64,000 bases of DNA. It comes from Eledone cirrhosa (Eukaryota). Numbering within the stretch: position 1 is the first letter of the stretch; each line of letters begins with the position of its first letter. Under the pieces are notes generated by a model. It saw only the letters and a list, made by a program, of their open reading frames with translations, was not told where the DNA came from and did no database searches. This document shows, piece after piece, positions 13,255 to 25,500 of the stretch. The DNA is taken from positions 40,858,001 to 40,922,000 of the forward strand of contig OZ024740.1 of the NCBI GenBank assembly GCA_964016885.1, in the 5' to 3' direction. The position numbers and the translations under genes are program-made.

Positions 13255-13491
13255 TGTGGGGATGGTGTGGTGGTGTGGAGGAGGTGACCGGAAGCTGGGG
13301 ACGCCTGACCAGAGGCGGAAGAGGAAGTGATGTGAGATGCGTATCCAGGAGCATTTGTGGGTTCTCTTTCGGCTGTGACCCGCGACGGACGTGCAAATTC
13401 GAGCTGCAGCTTGGCAAATGGATTATACCCACGTGGATGAGGCATGGCTCGCTGAGTGAGCTAGCAGAATTACAGTAACTTTCTCATTACA
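13255..13491 (+). mobile_element. Solo LTR (237 bp) with 5-bp TSD GTTTT
   Basis: GTTTT|TGTGGGGATGGTGTGG...CTCATTACA|GTTTT; TG...CA ends; the start resembles the Gypsy LTR at 37231 (TGTGGGTATGGTGTGG). Confidence 0.8.
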
Positions 13492-14537
13492 GTTTTAAAA
13501 AAATTTTATTCAAAAATGTGAATTGTAGTCTAAAAATATTTATTTGAGTAAAATTGAATAGGTTTTTCTGAATATGTATAATAGTAAATTTATTAAGAAT
13601 TGAAGTGTAGTCAGTTAGTAGAATCATTAGTGCAGTCGATGAAATGATTTGTGGCAGTTGACTTTGTTTTTTATCTTTTGAGGGTAATAAAATCAGTGCC
13701 AGTCGAATGCAGGAAGGTGATATAATCAAGGCTGGATTAGCCAGTAAGCAAATAAACATATGCTTAGAGCATCAAGGAAAAAAAGGACACTGTTTTGTTA
13801 AAATTAAATGTATTTGTCAGGGCATAAAAAGAAGAAGAGCATCAGTTTGTTAAAATTAAATGTATTTGTCATTCCCCACTCCTGCCAAAAAGAATTTTGG
13901 GGCAGACTTTATAGGAGGAGGGGGGGGGGGTAAGGAATCAACCATAATCTTTTAAATGTTTAGGTCTTCAGAAGCACTAAATCTAGGTTTGGATATAATT
14001 AACTGTTTGATCCTTCAAAAATCAATAGCTCTGGTCATCAGCTGATCGATCCCTCTGATATCAAATAGTTCCCATTCATTTTCACAAATGTTATATTCAT
14101 AGGAGAGGGTTTGTAGATTTTCAACATTCTAGCAACTCTTCTTCAGATTAAATGTTGTCAATATAAATATTCTTCAAGACTTTAACCTTTCATGTTCTTA
14201 GTTTGGAGAACTTCATAATTCAGTAGAATAAAGATTGATAATAAATTCTAAATCTACTTCTGATGTTTGACAGAATGAGAAAACAAAAAAATAAGACAAA
14301 ACAAAACAAACAAAAACAAATAACTTTCGGTATAATCAAATTCAATAAAAAATGAATAAAAAAATATTTTTCAATTAGTTTAAATGTTTCAAATACAATC
14401 AGAAAGTTATTGTATATAAAAAGACAACAAAAACTTATATGTATAAATGTCTAAAATGATTTGCTAATGAGATTATATTCTTTTTTGTTTTCAGATTCTT
14501 AAACTTATCTTTAGAGATGAAAAAATATTTATATCTT

Positions 14538-14903
14538 TACTACATTTCAAATTATTTGATCTCCAGTCCTCACCAGCTCTCTTAACCCTCAATTCTACAT
14601 AGACATCTCTACTACATTTTAAATGATTTGATCTCCAGTCCTCACCAGCTCCCTTAACCCTCAATTCTACATAGACATCTCTACTACATTTCAGTCCTCA
14701 CCAGCTGTCTTAACCCTCAATTCTACATAGACATCTCTACTATATTTCAATTAATTTGATCTCCAGTCCTCACCAGCTGTCTTAATCCTCAATTCTACAT
14801 AGACATCTCTACTACATTTCAAATGATTTGATCTCCAGTCCTCACCAGCTGTCTTAACCCTCAATTCTACATAGACATCTCTACTACATCTCAAATGATT
14901 TGA
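14538..14903. repeat. 72-bp minisatellite, about 5 copies
   Basis: Unit CTACTACATTTCAAATGATTTGATCTCCAGTCCTCACCAGCTGTCTTAACCCTCAATTCTACATAGACATCT; one copy has an internal deletion. Confidence 0.92.
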
Positions 14904-15557
14904 AGTTTATCACTAGCTGCCTTAATGGGCTGTGTTTAATCTAGGAATCTTTATTTTAAAATTAAGGGTAGTTTGAATCCAGTTTGATCCTATCTTGTCA
15001 AAACTCACACTTGCACAGCTTTACTTGGTTCCTATGAGTTTGCATTACATAGATTTCTTGAGTGTTTTAAGGATAGTGGCCTAATTGTATCATGTCTACA
15101 TTTTTCTAGTGACAAGAGGTGGGATTTGAACACAAAACAGAATGCCAGAACAAATAACACAAGGCATCAAATCCAAGTTCTTTAACCCCCTTCCCATCGA
15201 ACTGTTATTCTATTTACTGATCCCAAAAGATGAAAGGCAGTTGACCTCAGTGGGATTTGACCTCAGAACACAGAGAGCTGGAACAAATAGCAATTAAAGA
15301 AGAAACAAAATCGTGTAAATATTTTTTAAATGTTTCAATTCTAAAGATGAGGTTAATAGTCTGATAATTTATAATTGTATAAAAAAATAACTTATTTTAG
15401 ATTTCACACAAAAAAAGTGTGTTCAGGGTTATTTTGAGTAACCTGCATATATAAAAGTTAAATTTGAAAGTATTCCCTTTTCCAAATAGTTCACCGTGAT
15501 GATATTCAGTAAATATTTTTATAAAAAATAGTAACTTGTATCAATAATATAACATTT

Positions 15558-15668
15558 TCAATTAGGCTTGATTCCTTTTTCATATCCAGCAAGAGATTGC
15601 CGAAAGACATCCATAGCAAAGTCTACATCACTTTTAGTAATGCACATTGGTGGCTTGATACGGAATAC
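15558..15668 (-). CDS. AGXT2: Alanine--glyoxylate aminotransferase 2, last coding exon
   Basis: CAG acceptor; VFRIKPPMCITKSDVDFAMDVFRQSLAGYEKGIKPN*; typical class-III aminotransferase C-terminus. Confidence 0.93.
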   Translation of the reverse strand, partial: VFRIKPPMCITKSDVDFAMDVFRQSLAGYEKGIKPN

Positions 15669-16519
15669 CTGGAAATACATGAAGTAAATTAATTTTGCCA
15701 TTAAGAGATTAATATAAAAGTAAATAATTATTATATATATACTAATAAATTTATGATATCACACTACCACAAGATGCTTCGTGCATCTATGGCAGTGTAA
15801 TACCAAACCACACACTATCTTACTCAATGATAACTGTGTTATGATCATAATCATCACCGTTTGACATCCATATTACCATGCTTGGGTTAGATGGGTTATC
15901 ACGTTATGAGACAATTCAGGTCAAGTGACCATGTTTTGCTCGCGTTTCTTATGGCTAGATGCCATTTCTAACGTCAACCATGTTACAGCATGCACTGGGT
16001 ACTTTTTATCATGGCACCAAAACAACAACTTAACAGGGTGGAAAAGGTGGTTTTGTTGTGTCAACAACAGTCACCTTACAGGATGGACGAGGTGTTTTGT
16101 TGTAGCACTGGACTGTCATATGGGGTGGACATACACTTTGTAAAATGGTTGGTGATAGGAAGTGTATCAAGCCTAGGAAACCTACCAAACAAAGGGTCAG
16201 AAAGACTCTTCAGCTATGGCAAGAACATGATATCTTCCCTAGCGTTGGTGTTACAATAAAATGCATACAATCTTGCTAGCAGGGAAAATGCATGTGAAAT
16301 GATGATGATGTTTATCTAATTACAATGTTCAAACAGTTCAACTACTGCACCATATCATTTAACTACAACATAGGTGAACACATGCAAAGAGACATACATA
16401 CTGGAGATACCCCATTACTTTGGAGTGTTCACATAAACACTAACATAGCTACACATACATACAAAGAGATATGAATTAAAAAAAATATAATAGTAAATCA
16501 AATGTAATTATTAACTCAC

Positions 16520-16618
16520 ATTTCCAAAAAATCCACCTTTTCCAAACAAAACTCCCATATCTTTTGTACGTTCCCAAATTTGTCCAAATTGTTCAGCAGG
16601 TAAAGGTGTTCTACTCTC
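16520..16618 (-). CDS. AGXT2: AGXT2 coding exon (99 nt)
   Basis: ESRTPLPAEQFGQIWERTKDMGVLFGKGGFFGN; CAG/GTGAGT; phase 0-0. Confidence 0.93.
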
Positions 16619-16914
16619 CTGAGATTAAAAAAAATTATTTTTTCAAGTTTACAAAAATAAAACAATTGAAAGAAGTGTTACTCATATAAAGCAATATTTA
16701 TAACAAGTCTTGTAGCTATATAGCAATATTTATAGTCTTATAGATATAAAGCAATATTTATATGTATTGTATATATATATATATGTATCATCATTTTTTT
16801 CATTTCATTTTACGTCCACTTTTTCGCTGCTTGCAAGGGTGGGACAGGAACTATATATATAAAACAATATTTATATGTATTGTTTATATATACAACAATA
16901 TTTACAAGTACTAT

Positions 16915-18518
16915 TCATCATCATCATCAACGTTTAATGTCCGTGTTCCACGCTTGCATGGGTTTGGACGGGGGTATTTCCCACTTGAGGCAAGAGTGAT
17001 TGTCTTGCTCGCATAGGACTGTCTGGCGAGTTTTCTACAGCTGGATGCCCTTCCTAACACCAACCACATTTACAGTGTGGGGCTGGGAGGTTTTTACCGT
17101 GTTGCCTACACGGCCACATTACAGCGTGGACTGTCTGGCGGGTTTTCTACGGCTGGATGCCCTTCCTAACACCAACCACATTTACAGTGTGGGGCTGGGA
17201 GGTTTTTACCGTGTTGCCTACACGGCCACATTACAGCGTGGACTGTGTGTTTTTTTGTCGTGACACCTACACGATCTCATTTGTTTCGGCCTGGATGTTG
17301 TGGCACCAACATAACTTTACATTGAAGGGGCGCTGTGGATGGGGTGGGGGTGGTGGGACGGGGGTGTATTTTGTTAGAGATGCCTACTGACTGTAGTAGG
17401 TTTTACTTTGTATTTAGGTAAGGCGGGTCTTCTCTATTACTGAGTACTGCCAAAGATCTCGGTCCAGTGATATTGTCTTGGAGAGGTGTAAGTGTGTGAG
17501 GTCGGAATTTATCAGCTCGTCCCAGGTTTTTCTGGGTCTGCCTACTCCGTGGCTACCATCTATCTTTATTGCCCTGCACTTTGTTATACAGCTATCGTCT
17601 TTCATGCGCATCACGTGACCATACCAACGTAGCCTTCTCTCGAGTAAACAACATCTGATCCCTCTTATTTCTAATTTTTTCCTTAGTTCGTTTATGCTTT
17701 GCCGTTCACGTATATTACTATTACACATCCAGTGGAGCATGCAAGCTTCGTTCCTCTCTAGTCTGCGTATATCCTCTGCACACAATGCCCAGGTCTCACT
17801 GCCATGCAACATTGCTGTTCGTATGCAGGCATCATACAACCTGCCTTTCATTTTTAGGGAGAACCCTTTAGCGGCTAATAGTGGTATAAGCTCTCTGAAC
17901 TTTTTCCATCCAGTTCTGACTCTAGCTACTGTACTTTCAGAGGACCCTCCCCCACTGCTGATTTTGTCACCCAGGTAACGGAAGCTGTCCACTATTTCTA
18001 TAGAACCCTCTGCGCAGTTGAAAGAGCTAGTATTTTGTGGGCACTTGCTGCTACTTATTGCACCAGAGCACCGGCCACATGTAAAATCTATGTTCTTAGT
18101 TAGCTTACCTGTGATCCCACTACATCTTTTATGCACCCATACTTTGCATTTGGGACACAAAATGGAGTTTCTACCTACGCCTTTCCTACACACTGAGCAT
18201 GGCCACTTCCCGGAAGGGACCGCCGCCTTATTTTCTTTCTTACAAACTAGAACTTTAGTCTTAGCCAGGTTAATTTTAAGGCCTTTTGATTCTAGGCCGT
18301 ACTTCCATGTTTGGAATTTCTTCTCTAGCTTGGCCATTGATTCAGCTATGAGTGTTAGGTCATCTGCGTATAGGAGTTCCCATGGGCAGCCGGTCTTGAA
18401 CTCCTCTGTTATAGCCTGAAGGGCAATAATAAATAGTAGGGGGCTGAGAACAGAGCCCTGATGGATGCCAACTTTTACGCTTAACTCTTCACTATATTCG
18501 TTGCTAATTCTAACCTTG
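16915..18518 (-). mobile_element. 5'-truncated RTE LINE with a 112-bp tandem duplication in its 3' UTR
   Basis: ORF 17414-18337 is nearly identical to the 4144-5286 ORF; 17016-17127 is repeated at 17128-17239; inserted into an AT-rich ~30-bp tandem repeat. Confidence 0.95.
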
Positions 18519-18872
18519 TATATATATAAAGCAATATTTATAAGTACTGTATATATACCAATATTTATAAGAAGTATTGTAGCTATATAGCGATATTTAT
18601 AAGATATATTATAGGTGGTAAGAAATTTTCAAAAGAGCTGGACAGCAGAAGGTTTTCAGAGATGGACAAATTTATCTCAGTCAAATGAACTGAGATAATT
18701 GGTCTGAAAACAATGAAATAACCACAGTGAATATGTTACTCTTGTGTCAGCAGTTCAATATTTTATTTAACCACAACTGGAAAATGCTGGATTAGCTTGA
18801 GTATTTTAGTCTTGCAACTGTAAACTAAGTTGTGTATCTTTGAATAAACAGAATAACCTTGCTTCATCTTAC

Positions 18873-19022
18873 CTTATCAGTAACCATTTCAACTCCAATC
18901 ATCAATCCTTTACCACGGACATCACCAACAACTTCAAATTCATCTCTTAGTTTAGCTAATTCCTCAAGGAAATAGGTGCCAACAATTTGGCAGTTCTGTT
19001 GGAGATTTTCTTCTTCCATCAC
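18873..19022 (-). CDS. AGXT2: AGXT2 coding exon (150 nt)
   Basis: [50 protein letters not shown]; contains the GDVRGKGLM motif; TAG/GTAAGA. Confidence 0.95.
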
Positions 19023-19134
19023 CTACAACAAGAATATATTAATCAGAAAATGTCTACAGGACATGGACAATTTTTATATTAATACATAGTTTATTGTTTT
19101 ATCATTAATAAAGCTATTAATTACACAATATACA

Positions 19135-19328
19135 GTGGTGGATTGGCAGTATTGGTAGAGGGTCTGACGCCATGCTTTGTAGCAAAGAGTTACGGCCCTT
19201 TAAGGTCTGAGTTCAAATCCCGTCGAGGTTAACTTTTCCCTTCATCCTTACGTGGTCGATAAAATAAAGTACCAGTAATACACTGGGATAATTGCTGGCC
19301 TTGTGCCAAAAGTAGAATCAATTATTAC
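19135..19328 (+). mobile_element. tRNA-derived SINE (Meta/MESC-like core); family recurs many times in the window
   Basis: A box TGGCAGTATTGG, B box GAGTTCAAATCC, core TTCATCCTTACG..GTCGATAAAATAAAGTACCAGT. Related copies at about 21525-21700(+), 22100-22320(+), 29996-30179(-), 42820-43000(+), 55540-55825(-) and 1690-2060(-). Core family name is from recollection. Confidence 0.8.
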
Positions 19329-19784
19329 ACAATATACTGTATTAATCCCTTTCAAAAAAAATGTTTGTAGTTTTACATTAATTTAATAATGGTTTTTAAT
19401 TTAGGCACAAGGCCAGCAATTTTGTGGGAAGGGAAAGTTGATTACATCAATTCCAGCATATTACAATTGTGTCAAAGATAGGACAACCTCCACAGTGCTG
19501 ATGCCCCAATAAAATGCACCTGCTATACTATGTAGAGTGCAGGAATGTATGTGAGTGAGATGTGGGCTTTGGCCCATGTGAGCTGTCTGTGGCTCTGATT
19601 ATGTACTGACATGGACCGTGAGAACCCATCCAACCCATGCTAGCAGGGAGAACAAACATTAAATGATGATGGTGATGATGATGGTAATGGTGATGGTGAT
19701 GACGACCCCCCACCTCAACCTCTCTTCATCAGGAAAGACTGCTGTAAAAGTCTTCATGCTAGATAATTCAACAATGGAACATCA

Positions 19785-20021
<237 letters not shown>

Positions 20022-20079
20022 TCAATGGAAATATTAAAACATATAACATAGAAAATACTTGGATATCTATTAAACATGA

Positions 20080-21020
20080 AGTCACGTGGCTTAGGGGTTA
20101 GGGCGTCAGATTCACAATCATCAAGTCGTGAGTTCAATACCCAGACCAGGCAATGCATTATGTCCTTGAGCAAGACACTTTATTTCATGTTCCCCAGTTC
20201 ACTCAGTTTTATCATCCTTTTCCTTTCCCTTGGACAACATTATATATACTGTATATATTGTGTGTGTATATAATGTATGTATAGTGTAAAAATGAGTTGC
20301 AATGTCACTGGTGCCAAGCTGTATCATCCTCTGCCTTTCTCTTGGACAACATTATATACACTATATATATGCATGGTAGTGAGACATGGGCAGCAACTGC
20401 AGAGGATATGCGATGGCTGGAGAGAAATGAGGCAAGCATGCTCCGTTGGATGTGCAATGTCAATATGCGTGAACGACCCAGCGTGAATGTGTTGAGAGAG
20501 AAACTGTGTCTGCGAGGGATAGAATGTAGTGTGCGAGAAAGGAGACTGAGGTGGTATGGACATGTGATGCGCATGGAGGATGAGCAATGGGTGAAGAAGT
20601 GCCAGGAAATGCCAGTTGAAGAAAGATGTGGGAGAGGTAGACCACGAAAAACATGGGCGAAGGTGGTGGAGCAGACCTCAGATCGCTGAAGCTCACGGTG
20701 GAGATGACGAAGGACCGTGACAAGTGGAGAGATGCTGTGCTGAATAGGACCCGTCCCACCCTTGCAAGCAGGGAAAAGCGGATGTACGATGATGATGATA
20801 TATAATGTGTATATAGTGTAAACATGAGTTGCAACGTCACTGGTGCCAAGCCTTTGCCTTTTCCTTGGGAAACATCGGTGACATGGAGAGGGGAGACTGG
20901 TATGTATGGGTCACTGCTAGTCTTCCACAAAAACACCTTGTCTGGACTTGTACCTCGAAAGAGAAAGTTTCTAGGTTCAAATTCCATGGTCATTTATGAC
21001 CGAAGGGGATCTTTACCCTT
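20080..21020 (+). mobile_element. CORE-like tRNA SINE interrupted by an RTE 3' fragment (about 20369-20800) of a second RTE family
   Basis: tRNA head GGCTTAGGGGTTAGGGCG...GAGTTCAATACC and core TGTCCTTGAGCAAGACACTTTATTTC. Inner ORF MHGSETWAATAEDMRWLERNEASMLRWMCN...GRPRKTW with a GAT tail. About 70 bp of SINE body is repeated on both sides of the insert. Confidence 0.75.
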
Positions 21021-22395
21021 ACTGACTGAATATAAATATTGTATGTAAGCTGGTTAGCAAATAGTACAAGTGGCTTACATAAATGAGGCTGTAGAATTAA
21101 ACAAGTATCAAAAATAACTTTTCCCCACTAAGTTTGACAATCAATTTCCTTTCATTTAAATATAAATTACAGTTGAAGATGAAAATATGAAAAATATAAC
21201 TAATTGATGAGAGAAGGTTGAAATAGTAACCAAATCTCCTTAACATTGCCCTCTACTATCTTTAAAAAAGGAAGGACACATTTAATAATGGTTTCTATTT
21301 TAAGTATAAAGCTAGCAATTTTGGAAAAAAAACAAAATTGATTAAATCGACCCCCTCTCGGTACTTGATTGGTACTTTATTTTATCGACCCAGGAAAGAT
21401 GAAAGGCAAAGTTGATCTCGGCAAGATTTGAACTCTGAAAGTAAAGAATCGAAATAAATACCGCTAAATATTTGTCTGATGCTCTACTGACCCTGCTAAT
21501 CTATTCACAATATTCTCCCAAGAGGGCGGTGGATTAGCAGTAAAACGCCATGGTTTTTGCAACAAAGAGTTACGGCCCTTTATGATCTGAGTTCAAATCC
21601 CGCCAAGGTTAACTTAGCCTTTCATCCTTACGGGGTTGATAAAATAAAGTACCAGTCACATACTGAGGTCGATTTAATCGACTTTCCCCTCCTCCAAAAT
21701 TGTTTAGAGTTATCTCCATTACTTGCTTAAACTTACAGAGTTGTCTCCGATTGATGCTATAACCCTGAAAATAATAATAAGTCTTTGTTTCCTTAGGTGG
21801 ATTCCGTGAAAAGAAATCTGTGCTTCTGCAAGGTATGGTGTCTCATTTCAGAACACCTTAGTTTTACATGTGGTTGCTACTTCCATGCCGGACTCATCAG
21901 CTATCTCCAGATACATAAAATCCAATCAATCAAATAGTCAAAGTAATTGATCACTGCTAGACAAACAGCCATTACTGTTATTGATACAAAATATCAATAA
22001 TAATAAACAGCTATTATTATTATTATTGGCCTTGTGCCAAAAGTAGAAACAATTATTATTATTGATACAAAATAATAATAATGGTTGCTTCTCTATGAGA
22101 GGGCAGTAGATTGGCAGTATCAATGTAACATCAGACAATATGCTTTGCGGCATATAGTTACAGTCCTTTACATTAAGTTCAAATCCAGCCGAATTCGCTA
22201 TGCCTTTTATCCTTAAAAGGTTGATAAAATAAAATACCAGTAACCAACTGGGGTCGATTTAATTGACTTCCGCCTTCCCTTCAAATTGCTGTTCTTGTGT
22301 CAAAAGTAAAAAGAATTATTATTGACACAAAAGAGTATTCAGAGTGGTAAAACAAATTTAAAACAAAGCCTGAGAAATGATAAACATGAGATTAC

Positions 22396-22468
22396 CTATA
22401 TCAGGAATAACATCATGACCTTCAAATCCCCAGAAATGGCTGCCAGTTCTACCAAAACCAGTCTGTAC
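22396..22468 (-). CDS. AGXT2: AGXT2 coding exon (73 nt)
   Basis: [24 protein letters not shown]; completes the [11 protein letters not shown] class-III motif with the previous exon. Confidence 0.96.
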
Positions 22469-22595
22469 CTGGAAAAGAGAATATTTGACAGTTAAGGGAT
22501 GGTCATTATTACCAAGACATCTCACATTAGAATAAATACCAAATTGAAGTATTATTTCATTATTTCAATATTTTAAAGCAATTAAATAATCATTA

Positions 22596-25500
22596 TCTAT
22601 AAAAGGCAGATTGTTGTTGTGTGTGTGTGTGTGTATGTTCCATGTTTATACATTTGCACAATTTCAAACCGATTCGACTCAAAGTCTGTAAGAATATTGT
22701 AAAAAGTCTAACTTAGGTCAACGACTATTTATTTCTTTCAACCTCACCCACAATTACGGAAATAATCGATAAAACTAAATACATGACGCTTTACCTCCTC
22801 TAATACAATCTGATTTACTCTCCCTCACTCCCATACATACTGCAACCTTCTCTTATATACGCTTATAAACCCACTCCTTAATAATTTCCTTTAGAGAGAG
22901 AGAAAAAAATAAAGGAGTTAGCCAGAGAGACAGAGACAGAGACAAATGTTAAATACATGACGCTTACATCTCTTATATACGCTTATAAACCCACTCCTTA
23001 ATAATTTCACACAATTACATTTTGTGTATAACATATTTACAAGTTTATTGATTGAAAAAAAAAACCACATAGGGATTTTTGGCCAAACAACTTCACATTG
23101 CTGACAGAAGAGCGCTTTAAACAAACTGTGAGTTATTTATTTGCCTCTGTAAGAATGTTGTAAATGGACTATTTATTTATTTCCAAATCACCCACAATTA
23201 CGGAAATAATTTCCTCTCTCTACTCCACATAAAAATCGAAAAAAAAAAAATACATGCTCACACACAATTACATTTTGTGTATAACAGATTTACACGTTTA
23301 TTGAGTGAAAAAAAAACCACATAGGGATTTTTGGCCAAACAACTTCAATCAAATTGCTGACAGAAGCGCGCTTTCAACAAACTGTGAGTTATTTATTTGC
23401 CGTTCGTTCTCCCATTTTTTCCCCTGCGGAACGCAGACAGTTTTCAGCCTTATACTTTCAAAAGCAATTTTGCTGTAGAAGTAACTTTCACCTTTTCTTT
23501 TTCACATAAAATGCCACCTAAAAAGAGAAGTCGCCTCGGTCGCCATACCGCGTCAGCGGTGGCGCAGAGGGCAATTACAGCAAACGAGTCCCCCGAGGAA
23601 ACTGCTTTAAGACTTTCACAGAGCGCCTTATGTTCAGCGGAATGCAGAGCTGCTGAAAGTTTTCAACAACGCACCGCACGCCTAGCCAAGATGGCTCCAT
23701 ATGATGCTTCGAGACGTGCTGCGATGTGCGATTCAGACGAGCGATACGTCGTTCCCCCAAAAAAATGCTTCTACTGCTACTTCCAGGGCTTCAGAGGGCC
23801 CGGAACAAAAGTCGACTCGCCTGAATAGAAACGCTGCTGCTACTGCTGCTTCTAGGGCTTCAGAGGGCCCGGAACATTAGGATTGCAAGGGTGGCTTCTG
23901 CTACTGCTGCGAGAGCTTGCCCACGACCCACAGGAACGACAAGCTGCTCGCGGTGTGACGAGCCCCGACAGCCCATACTGGCACCTACATGCTTTCAAGT
24001 ATGAGCTCAACGTTAACTACTCGATGCGTGCCGACATAAATATAGGGGAAATGCGCTTCAATTGCAAATTCTGCAATGCTAAAAACTGGGCTGGGGAGCC
24101 ACCTGCAATGTGCTGCTTAAATGGTAAGGTCAGCTTGCCCCTTCTTGGGGAACCACCAGAGCCTTTGAAGGAACTACTTACTGGTTCTACCTCAAGGTCA
24201 TCCAAATTCCTTCAGGAAGTACAATTGTGCGTTTCAAATGACTTCTTTCGGGGCTAACGTTGTCAGAGAAAGTGGTTGGATGCCTACTTTCAAGGTCCAG
24301 GGGCAGGTGTACCATCTTATTGGGTCGCTCCAGCCACTACAAAATTGCAAGCCTTCGTTCCTTCAAATTTACTTCATTTCTAACTACAGTAGGCAAGTTG
24401 ATGCGCGGTTCGGCGTTATTCCAACACCTGCAAACACTGACGCTGACACTTTTGAAAGGGACGTGCTGCTCGGTCTTCAAAACATGCTTCATGAGCACAA
24501 CAGTTATATTCGCAGTTTCAAATACGCATTGGAAACAAATCCTTCACCAAACTTCACCATTGTCATCGATACTGACAAAAGACGTTCTGGGGAGCACGCA
24601 CGCTGTTATAACGCTCGATCGTGCAATGAAGTGGCCGTAGTTATCCATGGTGAACAGCACAATAAGCGAGACATAGTTCTTCAAAGTCGTGACAGTCGTC
24701 TTCGACGTATTAATGAGACGCATCGTTCATACGACGACCTGCAGTATTCCCTTCTTTTTGCATACGGAGAAGACGGGTACCATTTTGGCATTCCTCAGCG
24801 CAAACCAAACGAGCCGACTGCTGCAACATCTAAAACTGTTTCATGCATGGCTTTATACTCATACCGCTTCATGATGAGGCCTAACGATTTCAGCACCCTG
24901 CACAGGTCATGGGAACTGTTTCACCAGTTTGCAGTTGACATGGCTGCAAAGATGGAGTCAGAGAGACTGTGCTTCATAAAATTGAATCAGAAGCAGCTGC
25001 GCTCAGACTCCTACACCCATTTGCGTGATAGCATCAGAAATGACACCGACCCCCGGAACATCGGCAACATGTGCATTCCCTCCTCAACCTATACGGGGGG
25101 GGGGGGTGTGTGTACATGCACGAGCGAACACAAGACGCTATGACGTTCGTTCGGCATTATGGGCGACCCGATTTATTCATCACGTTTACGTGTAACCCCA
25201 AGTGGGTTGAGGTTACGCGGGAACTTATCCCAAGGCAGCAGTACTGCCATCAGCATGATATTATTGCCAGGGTTTTCAGGCAGAAGCTGGCTAAGCTAAT
25301 TGATCTAATGAAAAAAGGGAAGGTTTTCGGGCCTGTTAGGTGCCACATGTATACTGTTGAGTGGCAGAAGAGAGGGTTGGTCACCAAAATAGACCCTACA
25401 GTTATAGATGACATCATCGCAGCGGAAATACCGGACTCCGTTGTTGACCGGCAGCTGTACGACATTGTGAAGGCACACATGGTGCACGGTCCGTGCGGTC

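Noticed and set aside
19135-19230. tRNA-like A and B boxes (also at about 20085, 42820 and 53697)
   Set aside because: SINE heads with no cloverleaf, followed by SINE core and tail; not tRNA genes.
21780-21915. Minus-strand CTGATGAGTCC, hammerhead-like
   Set aside because: No complementary GGAC-GAAA closing stem II; at most a decayed remnant.
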